Assembly (NCBI GenBank): GCA_963829525.1
Contig: CAWHIJ010000003.1
Span: forward strand, 864,001-928,000
Reading direction: 5' to 3'
DNA: 64,000 nucleotides
From: an uncultured Actinomycetota bacterium
GTDB taxonomy: Bacteria; Actinomycetota; Actinomycetes; JAHEKZ01
Part shown: positions 32,463 to 41,842 of the stretch, piece after piece
Numbering within the stretch: position 1 is the stretch's first letter
Layout: each line of letters begins with the position of its first letter
Position numbers and translations under genes: made by a program
Notes under the pieces: generated by a model
What the model saw: only the letters and a program-made list of their open reading frames with translations
Database searches by the model: none
What the model was told of the DNA's origin: nothing

Positions 32463-34070
32463 TCAGGTGCCGCTGCGCAGGTGGGCGAGCGAGGCGAGGG
32501 TAGCCGCGTCTATGCCAGTGGGAACCGGGCCACCGGTGATGGCAGGAAGCAGTGCGTTGGCGAGCTCCTTCCCGCGCTCGACCCCCCACTGGTCGAAGGG
32601 ATCCAGCCCCCATGCGAAGCCAGCGACCACCGTGGCGTGTTCATACAACGCGACTAGGGCGCCAACGCTGTGCGGGCTCAGGTCAGGCAGCCAGATCAAC
32701 GTGCTGGGCCGGTTTCCCGGCATCACCTTGTGCGGCACCAGGGCAGGGTCAACCGCTGCTGACTCCAATGCCGATGCCGTCTGGCCGACCGCAAGCGCCG
32801 CCGCCTGCGCGAGCAGGTTGGCTTGAAGCAGTTCTGCTCGTTCGTCACCGCTGATGGAACGGACCCCGATCAGATCGATCGGTATGAGGTGCGTGCCTTG
32901 GTGGAGCAGCTGGAAGAAGGCGTGCTGTCCGTTGGTTCCCGGCGCTCCCCAGACCACCGGCGAAGTCGGCCACGAAACAGGGTCGCCCGTGGCGGTGACA
33001 GACTTGCCGTTGCTCTCCATCTGCAGCTGCTGGAGGTGACTCGGGAGGAGTCCGAGGTCTTGGGCGTAGGGGACGATCGCCTTGGACGTTGCGCCGAGGT
33101 ACTGGGCGTACCAGACGTCGAGCATCCCGAGCAGCAGCGCAGCGTTCTGCCCCGGGGGGTCGTTCAGGACTGCAGTGTCGACTGCTCGCATGCCTTCGCG
33201 TAGCGACTGCATACCGTGGCGTCCCAACGCGAACTCGATGCCGATCCCGACCGCGGACGAGAGTGAGAAGCGGCCTCCCACCCAGTCGCGAAACCCAAAG
33301 ACCGCATCGGTCGGGACGCCGAACTCGGCCGCGCGCTGGGTAGCCGTTGTCACCGCGGCCAGATGTTGGCCCAGACCAGCTTCTCCGACGTCGACAACGA
33401 GCCAGTCGCGGGCAGCGTTGGCGTTGGCCAGCGTCTCGACGGTGGTGAAGGTCTTGGAGATGACCACGACGAGCGTGGACGCTGGTTTCAGCTGCGGGAG
33501 GACGGCATCGAGCTCGGCCGGGTCAACGTTGGCGACGAAGTGCACCCTGACCTGTCCGGTGTGGTGCTCGCGCGTCGCGGCAGCGACCATCCGGGGGCCG
33601 AGGTCCGATCCGCCGATCCCGATCATCACGACGTCGGTGATCTGGTCACCACCCGAGCCACGACGGGTCCCGGTCGTAACGTCCTCGACGAAGTCGCTCA
33701 CCCTTGTCGCTGTATCGGCAACGTCCGGCAACACGTCCTCGCCGTCCACCATGATCGGCGGCCGGGGGCTCGCCCGCAGTGCCGTGTGCAGGGCGGCTCG
33801 CTTTTCGGTGGTGTTGACCGCGGCTCCGGACGCCATGGCGACCAACCGGCGCGGGACGCCGAGCTCGACAGCGAGCTCGGCGAGCAGGTCCATCGTTAGG
33901 GGCTGACCGATCATCCGCGAGAAGTCGAGGGTAAGTGGCCCGGCAGTGAGGGTCATGGACCCTGGCCGGTCGAGGTCCATGAGCAGGTCGCGGAGGTGAA
34001 GGTCAGCCAGGGTCGCCTGGTGTACGCGCAGGGCTTCTCCGGCCTGACTCTGAAAGCGCTCTTCGCCCAC
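32463..34070 (-). CDS. pgi: Glucose-6-phosphate isomerase
   Basis: IGIGGSDLGP, ISKTFTTVET, DWVGGRFS, MESNGK, GTNGQHAFFQL and FDQWGVE.GK. Confidence 0.97.
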   Translation of the reverse strand: MGEERFQSQAGEALRVHQATLADLHLRDLLMDLDRPGSMTLTAGPLTLDFSRMIGQPLTMDLLAELAVELGVPRRLVAMASGAAVNTTEKRAALHTALRASPRPPIMVDGEDVLPDVADTATRVSDFVEDVTTGTRRGSGGDQITDVVMIGIGGSDLGPRMVAAATREHHTGQVRVHFVANVDPAELDAVLPQLKPASTLVVVISKTFTTVETLANANAARDWLVVDVGEAGLGQHLAAVTTATQRAAEFGVPTDAVFGFRDWVGGRFSLSSAVGIGIEFALGRHGMQSLREGMRAVDTAVLNDPPGQNAALLLGMLDVWYAQYLGATSKAIVPYAQDLGLLPSHLQQLQMESNGKSVTATGDPVSWPTSPVVWGAPGTNGQHAFFQLLHQGTHLIPIDLIGVRSISGDERAELLQANLLAQAAALAVGQTASALESAAVDPALVPHKVMPGNRPSTLIWLPDLSPHSVGALVALYEHATVVAGFAWGLDPFDQWGVERGKELANALLPAITGGPVPTGIDAATLASLAHLRSGT

Positions 34071-34079
34071 GGCCCGACC

Positions 34080-35132
34080 CTACCGGCGTCCCCCCGGCCC
34101 GCGGCGGTAGACGTAGTCGTGATGGGCGACGAACCCGAGCCGTTCGTACAGTCGTCGGGCTCCAACGTTGCCGTGGGCCACCTGCAGGAAGACATACCGA
34201 CAGCCCTGGTCGGCCGCGTACTGGGCCAGAGCTTTGATCACCGAGCGGCCAAGCCCTCTTCGGCGGTAAGGCTCGGCCACCTCGACGGCGGTGATGCCGA
34301 GCCAGCGCCCGCAGATGGCGCCCCGGGCGATGGCCAGCGTGTCACTGGCTGGCCCATGGGCTGAAACGAACACTGGGTGCTCGGCCTTGGTCATGATCGG
34401 AATGGCTACGGCCGGAACGGGCTCATCGCCGTACCGGAACGAGGCAAGCCACGCGGAGTCTGGCGTCGAGGCGATGTCGAGGGTCAGGAGCTGTACTTGT
34501 GATGACACGTCCTGGGTGGCCATCAGCAGCGGGTCAAGGTCACAGACCATGACCGCGACGGCGTTGTACGCCTCCCAACCCCGTTCAGCGAGGGCGGCGT
34601 CGAGGTCGGTGCGCAGCGGCAGCGGTACCTGGATCATCGGTGGAAGCGATCTGTCCTCGTACCACTGGGTGATCCGGGCGAGAACGTCGTCGAGGCGTGC
34701 TCCGGGGTCGCCGAGCGGAAGGACACTGTTGGCCCTGCCGGTGAAGCCACCGGCAGCCCGAAGTACCCACTCGCCAAGCTGCAACTGTTCCAGTGGCTGC
34801 CAAGCCTGCGCTGCGATGGACTCGAGGGTTGCGACGTCGACGTCGGACGCCGAACGCCGCCGAGCCGGGGTGTCCGGAACGATCTTGGCGGCAACCACTG
34901 CTGTCGGGTCGACCATGACGGCTTTGCCGGTTCTGGTTCGGATCGACCACTGGCGCCCAGGCCCGACGTCGGTTGACTCCAAGAATCCGACGACGTCACG
35001 GAAGCCGGGACCACCCGTTGGGCCCGGCACCCCGGCAGCAGATCGCACACTGACGCGGCGTCCCAGCGCGGTCATGATCCAGGCCGAGTCCGGCCATCGC
35101 GCATCGGCTCTGGATGGTTCGGATGCGGACAT
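34080..35132 (-). CDS. GNAT-family acetyltransferase
   Basis: WVLRAAGGFTGRANSV, RRRGLG and ARRLYERLGF. Confidence 0.85.
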   Translation of the reverse strand: MSASEPSRADARWPDSAWIMTALGRRVSVRSAAGVPGPTGGPGFRDVVGFLESTDVGPGRQWSIRTRTGKAVMVDPTAVVAAKIVPDTPARRRSASDVDVATLESIAAQAWQPLEQLQLGEWVLRAAGGFTGRANSVLPLGDPGARLDDVLARITQWYEDRSLPPMIQVPLPLRTDLDAALAERGWEAYNAVAVMVCDLDPLLMATQDVSSQVQLLTLDIASTPDSAWLASFRYGDEPVPAVAIPIMTKAEHPVFVSAHGPASDTLAIARGAICGRWLGITAVEVAEPYRRRGLGRSVIKALAQYAADQGCRYVFLQVAHGNVGARRLYERLGFVAHHDYVYRRGPGGRR

Positions 35133-35205
35133 GGCTGACCCCCTTGACGTGCGTGGAGACGGTGGTCGTGAATACTAGACGCGGCGTCATCCTGAGGAGG
35201 AGATC

Positions 35206-35532
35206 GTGACCTACGTCATCGCCCAGCCGTGTGTCGACCTGCTCGACAAGGCTTGTGTCGACGAATGCCCGGTCGACTGCATCTACGAGGGCGAGCGGAT
35301 GCTCTACATCCACCCGGATGAGTGCGTCGACTGCGGCGCGTGCGAACCGGTTTGCCCCGTCGAGGCGATCTTCTACGAGGACGACACGCCCGATCAGTGG
35401 AAAGACTTCTACAAGGCCAACGTCGAGTTCTTCGACGATCTCGGCTCGCCTGGAGGCGCAGCCAAGACCGGCAAGATCCCGAAGGACCACCCGATCGTGG
35501 CCGCTCTTCCGCCGCAGGTAGTCGCGAGCTGA
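35206..35532 (+). CDS. fdxA: 7Fe ferredoxin
   Basis: MTYVIAQPCVDLLDKACVDECPVDCIY...CVDCGACEPVCP. Confidence 0.97.
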   Translation: MTYVIAQPCVDLLDKACVDECPVDCIYEGERMLYIHPDECVDCGACEPVCPVEAIFYEDDTPDQWKDFYKANVEFFDDLGSPGGAAKTGKIPKDHPIVAALPPQVVAS

Positions 35533-36632
35533 GCCCCGCTCCGCTCGCCAACCGGCTCCCCGACTTTCCGTGGGACCGGCTCAGCGACGCCCGCGCGCGC
35601 GCCTCGGCACACCCTGACGGGCTGGTCGACCTGTCGGTCGGCACTCCGGTCGACCCGGTCCCCGGCGTCATACAGCGAGCCTTGGCCGAGGCGGCGAACG
35701 CGCCCGGGTATCCAACGACCCATGGTTCCGACCGGCTCAGGGCCGCAGGTACCGCCTGGATGGAGCGCCGGCTAGGGGTTACCGGCGTCGGCACGGACGC
35801 CGTGCTGCCGGCGCTGGGCACCAAAGAGCTGGTGGCAGCACTGCCGATGTTGCTGGGACTGGGAACGGGCAGCCGAGTGATCGTCCCGGAGCTGGCTTAC
35901 CCGACGTACGACATCGGGGCACGCGTCGTGGGGGCGCAGGTGACGGCGTCGGACTCGACGATGGCGATCGGTCCAGGGCGGGTTGACCTGGTGTGGGTCA
36001 ATTCCCCGGCCAACCCCACGGGACGCGTCCTGCCGGCAGAGCACCTGCGCAAGGTCGTCGACTGGGCGCGGGAGCGTGGCGCCATCGTCGTTTCCGACGA
36101 GTGTTACATCGAGTTGGGATGGGAGGCTCAGCCGGTCTCGGTGCTGCACCCCGACGTGTGCGGCCGGTCACTCCAGGGCGTTCTGGCGTTGCATTCGTTG
36201 TCGAAGCGGTCGAACCTTGCCGGGTACCGGGCCGGGTTCGCGGCGGGTGATGCTGCGCTGGTGTCGATGTTGCTCGAGGCGCGTAAGCACCTGGGCATGA
36301 TGATGCCCGCCCCGGTGCAGGCTGCGATGGTGGCCGCCTTGGATGACGACGCTCACGTGGTCGCTCAGCGACGGCTGTACGCCGCGCGGAGACAGCTGCT
36401 GTTGGCTGCGCTGCGCGAGGCGGGGTTCTCCGTCGAACACTCCGAGGCGGGGCTTTACCTGTGGGTGACCCGCGACGAGGCGTGTATGGACACCGTCGAT
36501 TGGTTCGCCGAACGCGGCATCCTCGTGGCCCCGGGTGACTTCTATGGCGTGCGCGGCGCACGGCACGTTCGGGTGGCGCTCACCGCGTCCGACGAGCGCG
36601 TCGACGCAGCCGCGTCACGGATCGCCGATTGA
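35529..36632 (+). CDS. dapC: Succinyldiaminopimelate transaminase
   Basis: LPDFPWD, DLSVGTPVDP, NSPANPTG, SDECY and SLSKRSNLAGYRAG. Start codon uncertain (CTG 35529). Confidence 0.93.
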   Translation: MSPAPLANRLPDFPWDRLSDARARASAHPDGLVDLSVGTPVDPVPGVIQRALAEAANAPGYPTTHGSDRLRAAGTAWMERRLGVTGVGTDAVLPALGTKELVAALPMLLGLGTGSRVIVPELAYPTYDIGARVVGAQVTASDSTMAIGPGRVDLVWVNSPANPTGRVLPAEHLRKVVDWARERGAIVVSDECYIELGWEAQPVSVLHPDVCGRSLQGVLALHSLSKRSNLAGYRAGFAAGDAALVSMLLEARKHLGMMMPAPVQAAMVAALDDDAHVVAQRRLYAARRQLLLAALREAGFSVEHSEAGLYLWVTRDEACMDTVDWFAERGILVAPGDFYGVRGARHVRVALTASDERVDAAASRIAD

Positions 36633-36654
36633 GAGCTCGCATCCCTGGCAGCTC

Positions 36655-36816
36655 CTAGGTCTTGGAGCCGCTCTTCCCGGCCCGCTTCGCGGCCTTGGCT
36701 TCCAGCTTGGCTGTGCGCTTGGCATCACGCTTGGCGGTGTGCTTGTCCCACCACTGCATGAAGGGGCCGATGAGGAGCCCGTCGCCGCCGCCGCCGCCGC
36801 CGCCGCCGAATGCCAT
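36655..36816 (-). CDS. Small hypothetical protein with poly-Gly run and basic tail
   Basis: 53 aa MAFGGGGGGGGDGLLIGPFMQWWDKHTAKRDAKR...; a GAGGCGG sequence precedes the ATG. Confidence 0.45.
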   Translation of the reverse strand: MAFGGGGGGGGDGLLIGPFMQWWDKHTAKRDAKRTAKLEAKAAKRAGKSGSKT

Positions 36817-37041
36817 GACTGCCCGCCTCGCTCGAAGGGTGCCTTGTGAACAGGGTGACACACGCTCGCGCGTACGTCTGCCCCGTCTGGGTGCAGAAAG
36901 TGCCGTTGTAGCAGCACTTCCTGCACCCAGATCCAGGCTCGGCGGCAGGGTGGCGTGCGGTTCCGGTGTTCAGCAGCCGCCGCCGCCCCACAGCGCCCCT
37001 CGGTAGCCGTGAGCCTCAGCCGTGCTCAGCCGTCGCTGCGC

Positions 37042-38013
37042 TCAGAGCACCTCGACGTGGACGTGGTCCAGGTGGCGCAGCGTTGGGTCCTTCGGGTTGC
37101 CGTAGGGCGAGGTGTAGTCGCGCCAGCCCTCCGGCGAACGGCGCGCTGACCAGATCTTGTCGCGGTAGATGATCACGCCGACGTCGAGCTGGTCGGCGTT
37201 GGCGACGAGCCAATGGGCGAGCGCCCAACCGTTGTGCCGCATCTGAACGTCTCGGTACGGCTCGAAGAAGACGTCGATGGCGCGTCCCTCATTGTGCGCC
37301 GAAGGATTGGCTCGGGCGACTCCACCTGGTGCAAATCCCCCGAGGCTCTGCGCCCCCCAGGCATCCTCCATGGCGGTGCGCAGTGTCGTCGCTCGGGGAG
37401 TCAAGCCGGTGGGGTCCAGCTTCTGGGTGCGCTCGTCTTCGGCCCGCACCGTGCACGTGAGAGCGGCGCCGCGACGTCCGGTGAGGGCGGCGGCGATCGT
37501 CTTGGCCTCTTCGGCGTGCTGTTGGTAAGCGTCGGGGTAGGCACTGCGCTGGACGGTCTGGGCGGCCACGGTGACGGGTAGCTGTTGCCAGCGCTCGACG
37601 GCAATCAGTGCTGAGAAGAACGCCTCGGACGCGTAGACGGGGTCGGTGACCTGGTTGAACGATCCCCACCCCTGCGAGGGCCGCTGTTGGAACAGTCCGG
37701 CGCTGTCGTGGTCGCCCCCGTCAAGGTTGTGCAGCTCTGACTCTTGCATGGCGGTGGCAAGTCCAACGGTGACTGCGCGCGAAGGAAGGTCGCGGCGATG
37801 CGCGACCGCCGCGATAGTGGACGCGTTGACAACCTGCTCGTGGTCGAGCTGCACGGTGCCATCGGGGCCGTCGACTGTGCAGAGCTCGCGGCCGACGATG
37901 GAGCCGATCCCGCCGTTCCACCACACGACGATCGCCGCCACCAGCGCAAGGGGCAGCGCGAGCGCCGCGAGCCCCAAGAGGAGGCCGCGGGAACGGGAGG
38001 GGCGGTTGGTCAT
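37042..38013 (-). CDS. Membrane-anchored putative cell-wall hydrolase
   Basis: TM anchor, AMQES...DS.GLFQQRPSQGWG lysozyme-like region, and C-terminal H..GRAIDV / H.DHVH zinc-peptidase-like motifs. Confidence 0.7.
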   Translation of the reverse strand: MTNRPSRSRGLLLGLAALALPLALVAAIVVWWNGGIGSIVGRELCTVDGPDGTVQLDHEQVVNASTIAAVAHRRDLPSRAVTVGLATAMQESELHNLDGGDHDSAGLFQQRPSQGWGSFNQVTDPVYASEAFFSALIAVERWQQLPVTVAAQTVQRSAYPDAYQQHAEEAKTIAAALTGRRGAALTCTVRAEDERTQKLDPTGLTPRATTLRTAMEDAWGAQSLGGFAPGGVARANPSAHNEGRAIDVFFEPYRDVQMRHNGWALAHWLVANADQLDVGVIIYRDKIWSARRSPEGWRDYTSPYGNPKDPTLRHLDHVHVEVL

Positions 38014-38077
38014 GGTCGTTCCAGTGTGCGGCATCGAACGCCATGCCCCGTAATCGGCGGCGTGGCGTCGGGTTGGG

Positions 38078-39097
38078 TCAGTCGTTGGCGTGCAGCGCCT
38101 CGTTGAGTCCACCCCAGGAACCGCTACGAGCGACGGCCTCGACGGCACCGGTGACGGAGTTGCGGCGGAAGAGCAGACCGGACTGCCCAGACAGGTCCCG
38201 CGCCTTGGCGACCCCGCCATCGGGCGTGATCACCTTGGTGCCGGCCGTGACGTAGAGCCCGGCCTCGACCACCGAGTCGTCGCCCAGCGAGATACCGACG
38301 CCCGCGTTGGCGCCTATCAAGCAGCGTTCGCCGATGCGGATCACCTCCTGGCCACCTCCGGAGAGAGTGCCCATGATGGATGCGCCGCCGCCGATGTCAG
38401 AGCCGTTGCCGACGACAACTCCGGCGCTGATCCGGCCTTCGACCATAGAGGCACCGAGGGTACCGGCGTTGAAGTTGACGAAGCCCTCATGCATCACGGT
38501 GGTGCCCTCGGCAAGGTGGGCCCCAAGGCGGACGCGGTCGGCATCGGCGATCCGGACTCCGGTGGGCGTGACGTAGTCGACCATGCGCGGGAACTTGTCG
38601 ATGCCGTGGATGGTGACCGGACCGTCCTGCATGAGGTGCAGCCGGGTCGCCTCGAAGCCCTCGACAGCGCATGGTCCGTAGTTCGTCCAGACGACGTTGG
38701 TGAGAAGGCCGAAGAGGCCGTCGAGGTTGATCGTCCGCGGCTGCACGAGGCGGGCCGACAGGAGGTGCAGTCGAAGGTAGGCGTCGAAGGTGTCGGCGGG
38801 CGGGGCATCGAGGTCGGCAACATGCAGGGCGATGAAGCGAACCTGTACTCCACGGCGCAGATCGGCGCCAACCAGATGGGTGATCACCGCGCCGACCAGC
38901 TCATAGGACGTGTCCGAAGGGACGTCGACGAGTCCAGCGCCGAAGGTGCCGAGGCACCGTTGAACGGCCGGGTCCCACCCGAGCCCGAGTCGGGGGTAGC
39001 GCACGTCGAGGACGCGGCCATCGGCGTCGGAGATGGTCGCCAGGCCGATACCAAAGGCGGCGCGTTCTGGGGCAGGAGCGTGGTCTTGGGTGGTCAC
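38078..39097 (-). CDS. dapD: Tetrahydrodipicolinate N-succinyltransferase
   Basis: [20 protein letters not shown] and [26 protein letters not shown]. Confidence 0.96.
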   Translation of the reverse strand: MTTQDHAPAPERAAFGIGLATISDADGRVLDVRYPRLGLGWDPAVQRCLGTFGAGLVDVPSDTSYELVGAVITHLVGADLRRGVQVRFIALHVADLDAPPADTFDAYLRLHLLSARLVQPRTINLDGLFGLLTNVVWTNYGPCAVEGFEATRLHLMQDGPVTIHGIDKFPRMVDYVTPTGVRIADADRVRLGAHLAEGTTVMHEGFVNFNAGTLGASMVEGRISAGVVVGNGSDIGGGASIMGTLSGGGQEVIRIGERCLIGANAGVGISLGDDSVVEAGLYVTAGTKVITPDGGVAKARDLSGQSGLLFRRNSVTGAVEAVARSGSWGGLNEALHAND

Positions 39098-39114
39098 CTC
39101 GTTACGGTACCCAG
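39098..39114. promoter_or_regulatory. Bidirectional leaderless promoter between dapD and dapE
   Basis: TACGGT (+, 39103-39108) and TACCGT (-, 39109-39104) overlap; each lies 6 nt from a GTG start. Confidence 0.65.
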
Positions 39115-40176
39115 GTGGCAACTCTCGACATCGGCCAGGACACAGCCTTGCTCACAGCTTCGTTGGTGGACGTCTACTCCGAGAGCGGGCACGAGACCGA
39201 GCTCACCGACGCCGTCGAGGCTGCCCTGCGCACGATTTCGCACTTGAGCGTCGACCGGGACGGTGATGCGGTCGTGGCCCGGACCTCGTGGGGGCGCGCC
39301 GAGCGCGTAGTGCTGGCCGGGCACCTGGACACGGTCCCTCCAGCTGACAACCTTCCGTCGAGCAGAGAGGGCGACGCCCTTCGTGGTCTGGGGACAGCCG
39401 ACATGAAGGGCGGCATAGCCGTCATGCTGCGGCTCGCCGCATCCATCACGGCGTCCACTCGGGACATCACCTATGTGTTCTATGACGGTGAAGAGGTCGA
39501 GGCTGAGCGCAACGGGTTGCTGCGGTTGAGCCGCACGCACCCCGATTGGCTCGCGGCCGACTTCGCGGTGTTGCTCGAGCCCACGGACGCCATCGTCGAA
39601 GGCGGCTGCCAGGGAACGATGCGCGCCGAGGTCGGAGTTCCCGGGGTCCGCGCCCACAGTGCCAGATCGTGGATGGGGGTCAACGCGATTCATTCAGCGG
39701 GGGAAGTGATCGACCGGCTGCGCGCTTACGAACCTCGGCGCCCGATCATCGACGGGCTGGAGTTCCGGGAGGGGCTCAACGCTGTGGGGATCCGGGGCGG
39801 GGTGGCTGGCAACGTGGTACCGGGGGAGTGCGTCGTCACGGTGAACTACCGATTCGCACCCGACCGCACCGAGCAGGACGCCGAGGAGCATTTGCGCGAG
39901 CTCTTCGTCGATTTCGCGGTTACGGTGACCGACCGCTCACCTGGCGCCCGACCTGGGCTGCAGCACCCGGCTGCACAGGCCTTCGCCGCCGCTATTGGCG
40001 GGACGCCGCGCGCGAAGTTCGGCTGGACCGACGTGGCGCTGTTCTCCGCACTCGGGGTGCCTGCTGTGAACTATGGTCCGGGCGATCCGCACGTCGCACA
40101 TACGGCGGGTGAATGGGTCTCAGCGACTCAACTGGCCGAGTGCGAGGAGCGGCTCTCCGCCTGGCTCAACCTGTGA
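39115..40176 (+). CDS. dapE: Succinyl-diaminopimelate desuccinylase
   Basis: [26 protein letters not shown] and GWTDV. Confidence 0.95.
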   Translation: MATLDIGQDTALLTASLVDVYSESGHETELTDAVEAALRTISHLSVDRDGDAVVARTSWGRAERVVLAGHLDTVPPADNLPSSREGDALRGLGTADMKGGIAVMLRLAASITASTRDITYVFYDGEEVEAERNGLLRLSRTHPDWLAADFAVLLEPTDAIVEGGCQGTMRAEVGVPGVRAHSARSWMGVNAIHSAGEVIDRLRAYEPRRPIIDGLEFREGLNAVGIRGGVAGNVVPGECVVTVNYRFAPDRTEQDAEEHLRELFVDFAVTVTDRSPGARPGLQHPAAQAFAAAIGGTPRAKFGWTDVALFSALGVPAVNYGPGDPHVAHTAGEWVSATQLAECEERLSAWLNL

Positions 40177-40250
40177 TGGGTGCGGTGCCACCCCCGTCCC
40201 GGTCACAGTCTTGACGTGATCGGGACGAAGGTGACACCGCACCATGGGGG

Positions 40251-40814
40251 TCAGGCTTGCTTGATGGCGCTGACGTCGAGGGTGATCTTGACCTTGTCGC
40301 TGACGAGGACGCCGCCGGCTTCCAGGGCCACGTTCCAGGTGAGGCCGAAGTCTTTACGGCTGATGGTGGTCTCGCCGGAGAATCCGATCCGCTCGTTGCC
40401 GAAGGGATCGGTGGCCAGGCCCTCGAGCTCGACCTTGAGCTCGACCGGCCGCGACGTGCCACGGATCGCCAAGTCGCCGAGCATCACGAAGTCGTCACCA
40501 CCGGCGTAGCGAACGCCATTCGAACGGAAGGTGATCTCCGGGTGGGTCTCGACGTTGAGGAAGTCATCACCGCGAAGGTGGTTGTCCCTGTCCTCGCTGC
40601 TGGTGGAGATGCTGCTGGAGCCGATGGTCACCTCGGCGCTCGACTTCTCGGGCGCACTGCCGTCCAGGGTGAGGGCCCCGGAGAACTCAGCGAACTGGCC
40701 CCGGACGGTGGCGACCATGGCGTGCTTGGCCGAGAACCCGATCCGCGTGTGGCTCGGGTCGATCGTCCAGGTGCCTGTGGTCTGTTCCAGGGTGGTGGGT
40801 GCCGTGGTGGTCAT
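40251..40814 (-). CDS. YceI-family lipid/polyisoprenoid-binding protein
   Basis: WTIDPSHT, RDNHLRGDDF and RKDFGLTWN. Confidence 0.93.
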   Translation of the reverse strand: MTTTAPTTLEQTTGTWTIDPSHTRIGFSAKHAMVATVRGQFAEFSGALTLDGSAPEKSSAEVTIGSSSISTSSEDRDNHLRGDDFLNVETHPEITFRSNGVRYAGGDDFVMLGDLAIRGTSRPVELKVELEGLATDPFGNERIGFSGETTISRKDFGLTWNVALEAGGVLVSDKVKITLDVSAIKQA

Positions 40815-40850
40815 TGAGCGAGTCCTTTCCGGGACGCAGGAGGGTTAAGG

Positions 40851-40892
40851 TTGAATGTTCAGTGTTTGAAGGCTCAGTAGTTGAACACTCAA
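40851..40892. promoter_or_regulatory. Three tandem imperfect palindromic operator boxes upstream of yceI
   Basis: TTGAATGTTCA (40851), TTGAAGGCTCA (40866) and TTGAACACTCAA (40881), exactly 15 bp apart. Confidence 0.65.
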
Positions 40893-40944
40893 GCAATACC
40901 GTAACACATGTCTGTGCCCCACGCATTCCCGCTAGCGTGGCGAC

Positions 40945-41802
40945 ATGAGCGAACGCGACCGCGAGCATGGTCAGGACAGCGCGGGCCGGCCACGGGAGAA
41001 GCGCCGTGGCCCCGTGGTGCTGCGCCGGGGCCAGGTGCAGCGCAGCACCACCGACCAACGGCTGCTCGACTCCCGCGGACCTACCGACTGGGTGCACGCC
41101 GACCCATGGCGGGTTCTCCGCATCCAGGCCGAGTTCGTCGAGGGTTTCGGCACGCTGGCCGAGCTCGGGCCGGCGATCAGCGTCTTCGGCTCTGCCCGCG
41201 TCCGTCGTGACACCGAGGAGTACGAGAGGGCCCGCCAGGTGGGAGCGAGCCTGGCTCGTGCCGGCTACGCGGTCATCACCGGCGGTGGCCCGGGGATCAT
41301 GGAGGCAGCGAACCGAGGCGCGGTCGACGCTGGGGGCGTCTCGGTCGGCCTGGGGATCGAGCTCCCCTTCGAGCAGGGCCTCAACCCGTTCGTCGACATC
41401 GGCGTCCACTTCCGCTACTTCTTCGCCCGCAAAACCATGTTCGTCAAGTACGCCAGCGGCTTCATCGTGCTTCCCGGCGGGTTCGGCACCATGGATGAGC
41501 TTTTCGAGGCAATGACGCTGGTACAGACCCAGAAGGTCACTGCATTCCCCATCGTGCTCGTTGACCGCTCCTATTGGTCTGGCCTGCTGAACTGGATGCG
41601 CGACACGATGGTCGGCAGCGGCAAGGCCTCCGAGCAAGATCTTCAGCTGCTGCAGATCGTCGATGATGTCGAGGAGGCCGTTACCGTGATTCGAAGAGCT
41701 GAGGCCGATGTCACGACCCTGCGCCGCGAGGAGCTGGACGCCTCGATGGTCAAGGAAGAGGCTGAGCGCCAGGCAGCCACCCCGCCGATGATGGGCATCT
41801 GA
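40945..41802 (+). CDS. LOG-family (TIGR00730) nucleotide phosphoribohydrolase
   Basis: FGSAR, TGGGPGIMEAANRG and PGGFGTMDE. Confidence 0.92.
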   Translation: MSERDREHGQDSAGRPREKRRGPVVLRRGQVQRSTTDQRLLDSRGPTDWVHADPWRVLRIQAEFVEGFGTLAELGPAISVFGSARVRRDTEEYERARQVGASLARAGYAVITGGGPGIMEAANRGAVDAGGVSVGLGIELPFEQGLNPFVDIGVHFRYFFARKTMFVKYASGFIVLPGGFGTMDELFEAMTLVQTQKVTAFPIVLVDRSYWSGLLNWMRDTMVGSGKASEQDLQLLQIVDDVEEAVTVIRRAEADVTTLRREELDASMVKEEAERQAATPPMMGI

Positions 41803-41842
41803 GCGACTCCAGCCCTCTGGGGAAGTTGCCGATACCTCCGAG

